A stretch of DNA of 64,000 nucleotides, taken from Nitrosovibrio sp. Nv4 (GTDB lineage Bacteria > Bdellovibrionota > UBA1018 > CAIMNF01). The stretch lies in contig CALPVV020000001.1 in NCBI GenBank assembly GCA_943327105.2, forward strand, positions 3,276 to 67,275, given 5' to 3'. The notes beneath the pieces are model-generated. The model was not told the DNA's origin. It did no database searches and worked only from the letters and a program-made list of their open reading frames with translations. Positions 9,919-19,421 of the stretch are shown piece by piece. The position numbers and the translations under genes are program-made. Numbering within the stretch: the stretch's first letter is position 1; each line of letters starts with the position of its first letter.

Positions 9919-11089
9919 ATTCATTTTTTTCAGTTCCGAGTCCCATGAATTTTAAAATCTCGTTTTTTCGTTTCATGGTGTCGCTATACCCAAGTTCTAT
10001 CAGTGGTTTTGAGCATTCAGGAACAAAAGCAAGGTAACCGGTAAGGTTGCTCCCTTGTTTGTTGCTGGCGCCAATCCCGTGAAAGAGGAATCGCATCAAT
10101 GGTGGAAATCTCTTCATTGATGCAGGAATCAAACTTTGCAAATCGCGGCTTGGTCTTAGATGAAGATGGTCTACTTTTTTCAATGCCGAAGGATGTGTAC
10201 CATTCAATTGCTTTTCAATCATATCGACACTTTGATTGATGCTTTCTAGCCTTTCCATGTCGGTATCCATTGAATCAAGGAAAACAGCGGTCATGAGTTC
10301 GCCTGAAATTTGAGCTAGAGATGGTGGATTCAGCTGTTGTTTTACCAATGAGTTCATCTCATCATTTGAGTTGTTTTCATGGCGGATACCTATCGAGATG
10401 ATTCGCTCGGCGCCAAGATGAATAGCTGCACTCAGAGGAGTGGTTTGGCGTAAAGAACCATCACCATAATATTTCGAGTCGATTTCAATTGGTCTAAAAA
10501 AAATTGGAATCGCTGAAGAAGCCATGATGTGTCGGGAGTCGAGTTTCGTTCGGACTCCAAACCGATTGGCGCGTTTCCAAGGAATGATTTTTTCATCACC
10601 ATCGAAAAAAGTAATACTCGAAGTTGAGAAGTATTGAACCATGGTTACCGAAATAGCATAAAGATCGCCAGAACCGATGTTTGCATTGATGTTCTTGAAG
10701 TCGATGAATTGATCAAGGGTATGAAAGAGTGGTTTGGTGTCTAGAAGATAATTTGCCTGTGCATTTTTCAGAAAAAAACCACCAAATAGAGTTCTTGAGA
10801 CCCAACCGAGAGCAATCTTGATGATTGAAATGAGATCGGTTCTATACACTTGATCAAGAGTCAGCTCGGCCCATTTTTGCTGAAGCCTATTAGCTCCTAT
10901 ATTCCAATCGTGCGCATAACTCGCAATGGCTGCTGCATTGATAGCGCCAGCAGAAGTTCCGGCAATGATCTCAAAGGGTGACTTTTGAGAAGGCATGATC
11001 TCGGCAAGAGCTTTAATTGCCCCCGCTTGGTAGGCCGCCTTAGCACCACCTCCGGTAAGAACTAGTCCTGTTTTCTTTTTCATCATCAC
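9917..11089 (-). CDS. Patatin-like phospholipase
   Basis: Oxyanion GGGAKAAYQAG, GTSAG (GxSxG) nucleophile motif and a downstream DGS(L) catalytic Asp motif. Confidence 0.85.
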   Translation of the reverse strand: MMMKKKTGLVLTGGGAKAAYQAGAIKALAEIMPSQKSPFEIIAGTSAGAINAAAIASYAHDWNIGANRLQQKWAELTLDQVYRTDLISIIKIALGWVSRTLFGGFFLKNAQANYLLDTKPLFHTLDQFIDFKNINANIGSGDLYAISVTMVQYFSTSSITFFDGDEKIIPWKRANRFGVRTKLDSRHIMASSAIPIFFRPIEIDSKYYGDGSLRQTTPLSAAIHLGAERIISIGIRHENNSNDEMNSLVKQQLNPPSLAQISGELMTAVFLDSMDTDMERLESINQSVDMIEKQLNGTHPSALKKVDHLHLRPSRDLQSLIPASMKRFPPLMRFLFHGIGASNKQGSNLTGYLAFVPECSKPLIELGYSDTMKRKNEILKFMGLGTEKNE

Positions 11090-11185
11090 TCTTAGTCTAT
11101 CAAGAACAGATCACACTTGAAAAAATAATTCTTTAATCACCAGGTGATCGGGCATACGATTCCTTATACAGATTGGAAAAACAAC

Positions 11186-11731
11186 ATGAACCTAATAAAA
11201 ATTTTAATTCTAGCATTAACACTCATCGCGCTTCCAGCAATGGCTGAAGATCATGGAACCACCGCAGCAACCATTTCCGGACAAGAGATCAGTTTAATGG
11301 AAATTGATCACGGTTTTTCTGGAATGATCAAAAATACCCTTGTTTTTGGAACACTTGATGAAGAGTCAGGTAAAAGCACATTGGTTTTTAAAAAAGCTGG
11401 CAAGGTCTTCCATGCCGATTTCCAAAAAACAGATGGTTCGATGAAGGGTTTTTTGCAGTCTGAAGATGAAAATGGCATCGTAAAATTGACCCAGGTTGAA
11501 TTCCTTTCGGTTGATCGTGTCAGCCAAGTGATCACCGTTAAAATAGACAATGAAGAAGTAAAAGTTGCTATCAAGGCTGATCGTTTTGAGAATAACCATT
11601 TCTATAACCCGACCTATAGCGCGATCATGAAAGGAAAGTCGGTAGCGTTTTCACTGGCTGGCGGAAAAGCTTGCTATAATTTCTCAGCACATTTGATCAT
11701 GATGATATTTGGCGCAATGGCGCATTTATAA
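11186..11731 (+). CDS. Hypothetical secreted protein
   Basis: Signal peptide MNLIKILILALTLIALPAMA. No recognisable domain. Confidence 0.55.
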   Translation: MNLIKILILALTLIALPAMAEDHGTTAATISGQEISLMEIDHGFSGMIKNTLVFGTLDEESGKSTLVFKKAGKVFHADFQKTDGSMKGFLQSEDENGIVKLTQVEFLSVDRVSQVITVKIDNEEVKVAIKADRFENNHFYNPTYSAIMKGKSVAFSLAGGKACYNFSAHLIMMIFGAMAHL

Positions 11732-11752
11732 ATGAATTGAAATAAAACAGAT

Positions 11753-11783
11753 GGCCATTCGCTTTGTTGCGGATGGCCTTTTT
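11753..11783. terminator. Rho-independent terminator candidate
   Basis: ggccattcgc-tttgtt-gcggatggcc 10-bp stem followed by ttttt, between convergent genes. Confidence 0.6.
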
Positions 11784-12255
11784 ATTTCTTGGCAGAAATT
11801 TTATTGATCACGTTGCTGCTGCTACGGCCTTCTAGAAAAGGAATCGTTTTTACCTTGCCACCATTTTGGGTAACTTCAGCATAACCAACGATCTTTTTGA
11901 CTTCGTAGTCACCACCTTTGACCAAGACATCAGGAAGGATTTTTTGAATTAGTTTTAATGGTGTTTCCTCATTGAAGGAAATTACAAAACTGACACTTTC
12001 AAGCGCCGCAATGACTTTCGCTCGATCGGGTAGTGGATTGATCGGTCGGGTGGGGCCCTTCAGTCTACGGGTAGATTCATCGGTGTTGAGAGCTACGATC
12101 AGAAGATCTCCCTGTTTCCTCGCTTTTTCAAGATAAGTAACATGACCTGCATGAAGGATGTCAAAGCAGCCATTGGTAAAAACGACTTTTTTGTTACGCT
12201 GTTTCTTGAGGATCGTTAAAAGCTTATTGAGTGAGACGATCTTGGACTTGATCAT
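11782..12255 (-). CDS. rfaE2: D-glycero-beta-D-manno-heptose 1-phosphate adenylyltransferase (RfaE domain II-like cytidylyltransferase)
   Basis: 157 aa with VVFTNGCFDILHAGHVTYLEKAR (HxGH nucleotidyltransferase motif) and the LIVALNTDES pattern of the RfaE/HldE C-terminal domain. Confidence 0.8.
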   Translation of the reverse strand: MIKSKIVSLNKLLTILKKQRNKKVVFTNGCFDILHAGHVTYLEKARKQGDLLIVALNTDESTRRLKGPTRPINPLPDRAKVIAALESVSFVISFNEETPLKLIQKILPDVLVKGGDYEVKKIVGYAEVTQNGGKVKTIPFLEGRSSSNVINKISAKK

Positions 12256-12956
12256 TTGCTTTTCAATTGTACGTCAGCAAAGTGATCTTGTGGTCGGAAA
12301 AAGAAACCGACTATCAATATCGCTCCAATCATGAAAACGATTGAGCGTAAAAAGAGCGAAGAGGAAAAAAACGTTTTACGGTTGCGTTTGAATTCCAATC
12401 CGAAGAATGCCTTTCCGAATGAATTTTCAAATAAAGCTTCTTGCATGGCGATAAAAAACCATTGAGAAAAAAGAAAAAAAGAGCCAAAGCCTAACCAGTT
12501 TTGAGCAATCAAGTTGCCATCAATTTCAAGGTGAAGCCCCAAGCTTGCGGCAAGGGTGATGGTGATCCAAAAGGATAAGTGAACGACGGTATCAAGCAAG
12601 TAAGCAAAAAAACGTGTTCGAACCGGAGAATCTGTTTTCACTTCAAGCGATTTACCCGGAATGATCGGCTTGTTCTGGATGTTTGCTGAAGGGGTGATCG
12701 AGTTGATAGAGACTTTTTGTTCGCGCAATTGACGAGTCGTTTTAGGCATCGATGGAATCGAAAAAGATGGAATTCCTGCGCTGGTTGCTCCTGTAGATCT
12801 TGGAAGATCACGTGCCGCAATTGCCGTATTTGGTCGAGGTTTGGACTCTACTCGTGGTTCAGATTTGGTCTGTGGCGCGTATGGTAGGCCTTCTGAAAAA
12901 GGGTGGAAGCCGACACCTTCATGAAGCGGTTTGAACTTTATTTTGTCATTTTGCAT
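12252..12956 (-). CDS. Membrane protein, possibly RDD family
   Basis: Soluble N-terminal low-complexity region, then three hydrophobic segments beginning RFFAYLLDTVVHLSFW. The family assignment is tentative. Confidence 0.5.
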   Translation of the reverse strand: MQNDKIKFKPLHEGVGFHPFSEGLPYAPQTKSEPRVESKPRPNTAIAARDLPRSTGATSAGIPSFSIPSMPKTTRQLREQKVSINSITPSANIQNKPIIPGKSLEVKTDSPVRTRFFAYLLDTVVHLSFWITITLAASLGLHLEIDGNLIAQNWLGFGSFFLFSQWFFIAMQEALFENSFGKAFFGLEFKRNRKTFFSSSLFLRSIVFMIGAILIVGFFFRPQDHFADVQLKSK

Positions 12957-13711
12957 GTGAACACCGAAATTCCGAACAATGCAGCGGTTTCAGCCCTTAA
13001 AATGGCAGCACCAGCATGTGCTCTTTTTATCTCTTTTTTAGAAGGTTGCATCAAGCGGTTTTTTTCATTCGGACTAAAACCACCCTCAGGGCCGATCATC
13101 AATTCCGGTTCTTCCTGAATCGGATTTTTTAGTATTTCATCCGCGATTTCTGGCAGATAGTGGCGTTTCCACTGATCCATTTCGCGGGTGTAGGCCAATG
13201 TTTCATCTAGCCAGATGAGTTGAGTTTTTTTGAGAAGAATATTTTCAAAAGTTGTCGGCATTTGAATGGTCATTCGGCTTTGGCGACCGCATTGTTTCAA
13301 TGCTTGGTCAGCAATTTTCTGCCATCGTTCTTGAAAGGCCTCTGGGCCCTTCTTTCTTAGATCGACCACGGAGAACTCAGATTGAAACGGGGTAAGAGTG
13401 CGAACCCCGAGCTCAACAGCTTTTTCAACCACCCATTCCATTGCTTCACCCTTTAAAACAGCGAGCGATAAATGAAGAGGATAAGATTGAAGGTCAGCAG
13501 AACCGGTAGGCTCACTAGTCAATTCGGCAAATAAGGATTTGCCTTTGTAAAATAGAGTCGCTTGGGCGGTTTTGCCGTTGCCATCGAGAACTTCAATTGT
13601 GTCTTCGGGTTTTAGTCGGAGTACCGAAATCAAATGATTTGCCTCGGCTTGTGGGATCTCCACGCTTTTTCCGACCTTGTCGGGTAATTCAGTGCAAAGA
13701 GCCTTCCTCAT
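12938..13711 (-). CDS. rsmE: 16S rRNA (uracil1498-N3)-methyltransferase
   Basis: 257 aa. N-terminal PUA-like segment (EANHLISVLRLKPEDTIEVLDGNG) and C-terminal GPEGGFSPNE..A..LR.ETA SPOUT knot motif. Confidence 0.85.
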   Translation of the reverse strand: MRKALCTELPDKVGKSVEIPQAEANHLISVLRLKPEDTIEVLDGNGKTAQATLFYKGKSLFAELTSEPTGSADLQSYPLHLSLAVLKGEAMEWVVEKAVELGVRTLTPFQSEFSVVDLRKKGPEAFQERWQKIADQALKQCGRQSRMTIQMPTTFENILLKKTQLIWLDETLAYTREMDQWKRHYLPEIADEILKNPIQEEPELMIGPEGGFSPNEKNRLMQPSKKEIKRAHAGAAILRAETAALFGISVFTCKMTK

Positions 13712-13715
13712 GAAT

Positions 13716-14630
13716 TCATTGTAATTGAAGGGAGCTCAAAAAGCGAAACGAATAATCAAAACTCTCTTCAATGTCTTTCGGTGTTTTGACTCTTGGGTTC
13801 AAAAGTAAAGCGTGTTTCCAGCGAAAGAGAGGAATCAGTTGAGTGTGGGGAAGGTCGAGAATGTTTTTAACTCCCGGAAGAGATGTTGAAGAATAGAGAT
13901 CGAAATCCCTTTTCTTGATTTTTGCATAAAAAAGGGCGGGTTCATAAACATGAATTTCTATGGTGATACCGACTTTTTTTAAGGCTTCGCGAGTCAGGTA
14001 AGCCAGCTGCTGGCCTTCTCTGCTTGGAGTGGTGAGATAGCGCAAAGTGATTTCTTTAGTGGGAGCAAAAGAGCTTTCCGGACCGGTTAACAAGTCAGGA
14101 TCAGCTTCTTCAACCCAGCCAGAGAAGACTTTATCCATCCAGAGCTTGAGCGGGAGTGCTTGGGCTAAGGTTTTACGAAAAGAGGCATCCTGCAAGAGAG
14201 GGTTTTCTTCGTTCAAAGCCAACTGAGAGATTGCATCGCCTGAGCGAGATAGAATTCTGATTTGTTCAGGTCTCACTTTTTTTCTGATCCACTCGGTTTT
14301 AGCGATTGAAAGGTTATCGTAAAGAATATCTGCATCTTCTTTCAAAAAGATCAGCGCCCTGGTGTTTTCGTCACGAACGACCTGGAAGTGTAAAATGGGT
14401 CGAGAGGGATCTGGGTGAATCAGTTCAAAATCTTCACCGTGGCTTACGTAACGGTATGAGGATTCACGTATTAATGGCTCGATTCTAAGATTATGTTCAT
14501 CAACGGGTTTTTCGATCAGGATTCGAATTGTATTTTTGGGAACTTCCTGATGAAATGAATGGAATAGAATTGCGATGCAACTTGCAGAAAACAGGCCGGC
14601 AATGATGACCAAACTAATCTTTTTCTTCAT
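13716..14630 (-). CDS. Periplasmic protein resembling the C-terminal lobes of family-5 ABC substrate-binding proteins
   Basis: Signal peptide MKKKISLVIIAGLFSASC. Segments such as FQVVRDENTRALIFLKEDADILYD and ALKKVGITIEIHVYE resemble SBP_bac_5, but the protein is short (about 305 aa). The start is ambiguous (14648 or 14630). Confidence 0.45.
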   Translation of the reverse strand: MKKKISLVIIAGLFSASCIAILFHSFHQEVPKNTIRILIEKPVDEHNLRIEPLIRESSYRYVSHGEDFELIHPDPSRPILHFQVVRDENTRALIFLKEDADILYDNLSIAKTEWIRKKVRPEQIRILSRSGDAISQLALNEENPLLQDASFRKTLAQALPLKLWMDKVFSGWVEEADPDLLTGPESSFAPTKEITLRYLTTPSREGQQLAYLTREALKKVGITIEIHVYEPALFYAKIKKRDFDLYSSTSLPGVKNILDLPHTQLIPLFRWKHALLLNPRVKTPKDIEESFDYSFRFLSSLQLQ

Positions 14631-15675
14631 TCTTCTTGTGACCAGCATAGCGCATGCTGATGATTGGTCGCGAGCCCAAATTGACTTTTGGAAAAAGATT
14701 TACACCGAGCGCACCAGTCAAGAGTGGGTCATTCATGATTCCATGAACCTAAAGCATGTCTATCGAGTAGTGGTGGAAGGCCCTGATCGGGCGAAAAAGG
14801 AAGTAGCTACATTACTCAAGAGCATTTACCAAAAGAATAAAAATAGAAAATCGGTTGATGTGAATCAGCTCACCGAAGCGGAACGCCTGCTTTTTGATGC
14901 GATGGAAGCGAATGAGGACCCGCGAAGTTATGATTTTGCCTCTCAGTCTGGAAGAATCCGCGCCCAGCAAGGATTGAAAGACCGCCTTGATCAGGCTGTT
15001 GTCGTTTCTCGAAAATATCTTCCTCGTATGGAAGAAATGTTTGAAGAAGCGGGTGTGCCAAAAGAAATTACGAGGCTGCCATTTGTAGAGAGTTGTTTTG
15101 TAAGCGAGGCTTGTTCAATAAGCGGGGCTATTGGGATATGGCAATTCATGCCAAAAACAGCCCTGAAAACACTCCGAGTTGATCAGGCGATTGATGAAAG
15201 GTATGACCCATTGAAGTCGACCCGTGCAGCCGCAAGGTTTTTAAAAGATAACTATCGTATTGTTAAAAACTGGAATCTGGCTGTCATGGCCTATCATCAT
15301 GGTTCAGGTTTGGTCTCACGCGCCATGAAGCGTCTTAAAACGGATGATCCTTATCAGATCATTCGTTATTTCAAGGACCCTCAATTTAAGTTTGCTTCCA
15401 GAAACTACCTCTTCGAGTGGATGGCTATGGTAGAAGTCGATTCAAAACAGGGTTATGAGAAACTCCCCGAATTCATCACCATCAGCTTTCCGAAGAAATT
15501 AAAGATGAGTGAAGTGATTCAACGCTTTCAGTTACAGGAAAAAGAGATCAAAATGTTGAATCCGCACTTCAGAGCCCCGATTTGGACCGGAAAAGTTGAT
15601 GTTCCGGCGCATTATCCGGTTCGGTTATCCGGAATTACCCTTGAGGAGTTTCGTAAGCGCGGGTATTCTCTTTAA
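14602..15675 (+). CDS. Lytic murein transglycosylase (SLT domain, MltD-like)
   Basis: Signal peptide MMTKLIFFFILLVTSIAHA. Catalytic-region pattern FVESCF....S.SGAIGIWQFMPKTA, then AYHHGSG. The start is ambiguous (14575, 14602 or 14605). Confidence 0.8.
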   Translation: MMTKLIFFFILLVTSIAHADDWSRAQIDFWKKIYTERTSQEWVIHDSMNLKHVYRVVVEGPDRAKKEVATLLKSIYQKNKNRKSVDVNQLTEAERLLFDAMEANEDPRSYDFASQSGRIRAQQGLKDRLDQAVVVSRKYLPRMEEMFEEAGVPKEITRLPFVESCFVSEACSISGAIGIWQFMPKTALKTLRVDQAIDERYDPLKSTRAAARFLKDNYRIVKNWNLAVMAYHHGSGLVSRAMKRLKTDDPYQIIRYFKDPQFKFASRNYLFEWMAMVEVDSKQGYEKLPEFITISFPKKLKMSEVIQRFQLQEKEIKMLNPHFRAPIWTGKVDVPAHYPVRLSGITLEEFRKRGYSL

Positions 15676-15685
15676 ATCAAATATT

Positions 15686-16306
15686 ATGTACATCATCGGC
15701 ATTACGGGCGGATCCGGTTCCGGAAAAACCACGTTCACAGAAAAAGTATTGGCTCAGGTAAACAGTAAAGAAGTGGGAGTTCTTCACCAGGACTCGTACT
15801 ATCTTCCTCGTCACCCGGTAAACCTCAAAATCGGTGATGAGCCGAATTTTGATCATCCCGAAGCGTTTGATTGGGATTTGTTCCGGAAGGATCTGGCGGC
15901 ATTGCGTGCGGGCAAGAAAATCGAATGCCCTGTTTATGATTATAGTGCTTCTCGAAGAACCGCAAAGACAGTTCAGATGGGGCCATGCAAGGTCCTGATG
16001 GTAGAGGGTATTTTTACTTTGTGGGATGAGCAGATTCGTAAGCTCATGGATCTTAAATTCTATCTTCATGTTGAATCCGATATCCGCTTCATTCGTCGAT
16101 TGTTCCGTGACCTGAAAGATCGTTCACGAACCATGGAAGATATTATCAGGCAGTATTATGAAGCAGTAAGACCGATGCATCAAATTTATCTTGAGCCCAC
16201 CAAACAATACGCTGACATCATTGTTGGTGAAGAAACGGATTCAGCGGCAAGTATGCTTGCGGGAATGATCAAACAAAAGCTCTATGAAACAAAAGCTCCA
16301 AAATGA
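15686..16306 (+). CDS. udk: Uridine kinase
   Basis: MYIIGITGGSGSGKTT P-loop, DSYY, NFDHPEAFD, and typical length (about 206 aa). Confidence 0.9.
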   Translation: MYIIGITGGSGSGKTTFTEKVLAQVNSKEVGVLHQDSYYLPRHPVNLKIGDEPNFDHPEAFDWDLFRKDLAALRAGKKIECPVYDYSASRRTAKTVQMGPCKVLMVEGIFTLWDEQIRKLMDLKFYLHVESDIRFIRRLFRDLKDRSRTMEDIIRQYYEAVRPMHQIYLEPTKQYADIIVGEETDSAASMLAGMIKQKLYETKAPK

Positions 16307-17970
16307 ATAAAAAAATCACGATTACGCCTTACGGTGGACTAGGTGAGATCGGTATGAATTGCATGCTGATTGAAAGTGAGAACTCGGCAATTCTGATTGA
16401 TTGCGGTTTGATGTTTTCTGAACTTGATCACTTCGGTGTGGAGTTTGTCATTCCAAACTTTTCACATCTTCTTACTAAAAAAGATAAGATTCGCGCGATC
16501 TTTGCCACCCACGGCCATGAAGACCACATCGGTGCTTTGTCGTTTGCGCTGAGAGCCGGAATTCGTGCTCCTGTTTATTCATCCCAGTTTACTTCACTCA
16601 TGATCCGAGAGCGTTTACGCGAAACAGGAATTCTTGAGGCTACCGAATTGAAAGTAATGAACCCGGGTTCAAAGCTTGATTTCGGTGACTTCAAGGTAAC
16701 TGCAGCATCAGTGAATCACTCGATCATTGATTCGTACGCATTGTTCATTGATACCCCGATTGGAAAGATCATTCACACGGGTGATTTTAAGATGGATGCC
16801 TCGCCTTATTTTGGTGATGTCATGGATAAGAATGACTTCGAAAAAGCCGGCGAAGAGGGTGTTCTTTTATTGATGTCTGACTCGACGAATGTTGAGCGGG
16901 ACCACCATGCTCTGCAAGATGAACATATTGCTGAGCGTTTTGAGGAGTTGTTTAAAAAAGCTGAAGGCCTGATTCTGATCTCGATGTTCTCATCGAATGT
17001 GGGGCGCATGGCTAATATTTTTGAAATTGCCCGTAAAATGGGCAAGAAAATTGCACTTACAGGAAGAAGCATGGAACAAAATGTTCGACTTGCTCATGAA
17101 CGTGGTGTGATTTCTTTTGACTCAAGCTTGTTTGTGCCAATTGACGAAATTCGTCGTTATAACCGTAACGATCTGATTGTCATGTCGACGGGTTGTCAGG
17201 GTGAGCCACGCTCTGCGCTGAACCGCATTGCACATGATGAGCATGCTCATGTGAAGCTTGATCAGGGTGATTTGGTTATTTTGAGTTCAAGCCAGATTCC
17301 TGGTAACGAAGTTTCGATCAGTAAGCTCATTAATGAGTTGTTTAAATGTGGCGCTGAGATTTTGTACGATTCAATTGAAGATGTGCACACCAGCGGACAT
17401 GCAACAAAACCAGAATTGAAGAAAATGCTAGAAATGGTGAAGCCCAAGTTTTTCTTGCCTATTCATGGTGAATATCGCCACTTGGTGCATCATGCTGATC
17501 TTGCCGAAGAGACTGGTGTTAAGTCTGAAAACATCTGTATTGCCCAGAATGGCGATGTAGTTGAGCTATCGCCTGATACGATTGAGATCACTGATGAAGT
17601 TACCGAGCTTCGGGTGTTGGTTGCCGATCGTTCTGGAACCGAGATTACCAAGAGTTTGTTAAAGGATCGTCGTAGGCTTGCTGAAACAGGCGTTGTCTTT
17701 TGTCTGATGACTCGGGAAAAAGATTCTGGAAAAATACTTTCAAAGCCTGAAGTCATTGCCAAGGGGTTGATCAATGAGTCACTTGAACCATGGCTTGTCG
17801 GTGAATCGGTAAAAGTGATCGAAGAGCAGATCTTGAGATACAAGCAAGACCTGAAAAACGGCGTGAAGAACAAAGATTTCGCAGAAGAAGTGCGGATCGA
17901 AGTTCGTCGTTTTATAGAGCGAAATACAGGTAAAAAACCAACGGTGATTCCGCTCATCATGGACGTTTAA
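16303..17970 (+). CDS. rnj: Ribonuclease J
   Basis: 555 aa. MBL motif THGHEDHIGAL, beta-CASP region, SGH and LPIHGE motifs, plus the RNase J C-terminal domain. The start overlaps the udk stop (ATGA). Confidence 0.9.
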   Translation: MNKKITITPYGGLGEIGMNCMLIESENSAILIDCGLMFSELDHFGVEFVIPNFSHLLTKKDKIRAIFATHGHEDHIGALSFALRAGIRAPVYSSQFTSLMIRERLRETGILEATELKVMNPGSKLDFGDFKVTAASVNHSIIDSYALFIDTPIGKIIHTGDFKMDASPYFGDVMDKNDFEKAGEEGVLLLMSDSTNVERDHHALQDEHIAERFEELFKKAEGLILISMFSSNVGRMANIFEIARKMGKKIALTGRSMEQNVRLAHERGVISFDSSLFVPIDEIRRYNRNDLIVMSTGCQGEPRSALNRIAHDEHAHVKLDQGDLVILSSSQIPGNEVSISKLINELFKCGAEILYDSIEDVHTSGHATKPELKKMLEMVKPKFFLPIHGEYRHLVHHADLAEETGVKSENICIAQNGDVVELSPDTIEITDEVTELRVLVADRSGTEITKSLLKDRRRLAETGVVFCLMTREKDSGKILSKPEVIAKGLINESLEPWLVGESVKVIEEQILRYKQDLKNGVKNKDFAEEVRIEVRRFIERNTGKKPTVIPLIMDV

Positions 17971-17971
17971 T

Positions 17972-19375
17972 ATGGAATCTCCGATTACTTTCCATTTCAT
18001 GGGTGCGGCTGGCGAAGTAACGGGAAGCAAGACGGTGGTTCGATTCGAAGAGCAATCATTTCTGATCGATTACGGAATGTTCCAGGGCGAAAAAACTTCT
18101 AAACAAAAAAACTGGGAACCCTTCGGAGTCAACGCACGAAATCTGACTTCGGTGATCTTGACCCATGCGCACATGGACCATAGTGGTTTGGTGCCGAAAC
18201 TGGTTAAAGAAGGCTTCAAGGGTTCGATCTATTGCAGTAGTGGAACTGCAGATCTGTTGAAGATCATGCTCGAAGATTCCGCTCATCTTCAAATGGAAGA
18301 TGCTGAATTTGCAAACCGAACTGGTCACTCACACCATAAACCTGCATTACCGCTTTATGACCAAGATGATGTAGTCGATGCATTGAGGCTGTTTGAGCCC
18401 AAATCTTTAAATGAATGGCACCAAATTGGTGAACATGTACATTTTCAATTATTAAGAGCTGGTCATATTACAGGTTCAACGTTTGTTCGTTTACGCTTCA
18501 TGATTGATGGAAAACCAGTCTATGTGACGTTCAGTGGAGACATCGGCCATGATCGCCAGGTTACGGTGAAAAAACCGGAATCACTTCCGGAAACCGATTA
18601 TTTGGTTCTCGAATCAACTTATGGTGACCGAAAGCACGCAGATGAGAATTCGCTTGAATGCTTAAGTCAGTTCATTCATCGCATTGTTGAAACTAAGGGA
18701 GTATTGGTCATTCCGGCATTTGCGGTAGGGCGTGCCCAGGAAGTCATTTACATGATCCGCTCACTTGAGGATCAGAACCGAATTCCGAATATACCGATCA
18801 TTCTCGATTCTCCAATGTCACGTGAGGCGACCGCCGTGTATCTCGAGCATTCCGAGGATTTTCCAGAAAACGTGACTTATACTCAAAACCTACGAAAGTT
18901 TTTTCCGTTAAAGTTTGAAATGATTAAAAGTGCTAAGCAGTCAATTGATCTGGCTCAACGCCAAGGCCCAATGGTGATCATCTCTGCTTCGGGAATGTTG
19001 GAGGGGGGCCGCGTTCTTCATCATTTGAAAAATCACCTGCCATCTGAAAAGAATACAGTTTTGTTTGTTGGGTATCAGGCTGAGGGGACGAAAGGCCGGT
19101 ATCTTCAAGAAGAGGCAATTAAGCACGGTTTCATGAAAATTCACCACGAAGAAGTAAAGGTGAAGGCGAAAATTGAGATGTTATCAGCCCTGTCGGGGCA
19201 TGGCGACAGTGATGATCTGATTGCATGGGTTAAAACCTCATCAAAGATGCCGAAAAAGATTTTTTTGAATCACGGAAGCCCTCATTCAATGCAAAGTTTT
19301 GCTGTGAGAATGCAACAAGAATTGGGTGTTCCTTGCGAGCCGATTCTGGAAGCAAAAAAGTTCAACTTGATCTGA
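17972..19375 (+). CDS. Second beta-CASP metallo-beta-lactamase-fold RNA-metabolising hydrolase (CPSF73/Ysh1-like)
   Basis: 467 aa. THAHMDHSG, ESTYGDR, PAFAVGRAQE (beta-CASP motif A region) and SGHGD near the C-terminus. It starts 1 nt after the rnj stop. Confidence 0.85.
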   Translation: MESPITFHFMGAAGEVTGSKTVVRFEEQSFLIDYGMFQGEKTSKQKNWEPFGVNARNLTSVILTHAHMDHSGLVPKLVKEGFKGSIYCSSGTADLLKIMLEDSAHLQMEDAEFANRTGHSHHKPALPLYDQDDVVDALRLFEPKSLNEWHQIGEHVHFQLLRAGHITGSTFVRLRFMIDGKPVYVTFSGDIGHDRQVTVKKPESLPETDYLVLESTYGDRKHADENSLECLSQFIHRIVETKGVLVIPAFAVGRAQEVIYMIRSLEDQNRIPNIPIILDSPMSREATAVYLEHSEDFPENVTYTQNLRKFFPLKFEMIKSAKQSIDLAQRQGPMVIISASGMLEGGRVLHHLKNHLPSEKNTVLFVGYQAEGTKGRYLQEEAIKHGFMKIHHEEVKVKAKIEMLSALSGHGDSDDLIAWVKTSSKMPKKIFLNHGSPHSMQSFAVRMQQELGVPCEPILEAKKFNLI

Positions 19376-19421
19376 CACCATTGGTTGCTTTCAATCTAAA
19401 AAACAAATAGTTTGTATAGTT

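Noticed and set aside
9917-11089. Patatin phospholipase as a CBASS-type defence effector
   Set aside because: There is no CD-NTase, E1/E2/JAB or other cyclic-nucleotide signalling gene adjacent. The neighbours are unrelated housekeeping and envelope genes. It looks like a stand-alone RssA/YchK-type patatin.
17490-18030. 156-aa and 83-aa minus-strand ORFs across the rnj / beta-CASP junction
   Set aside because: Both are antisense to two strongly supported plus-strand genes. Their Ser/Thr/Phe-rich translations are typical of shadow frames.
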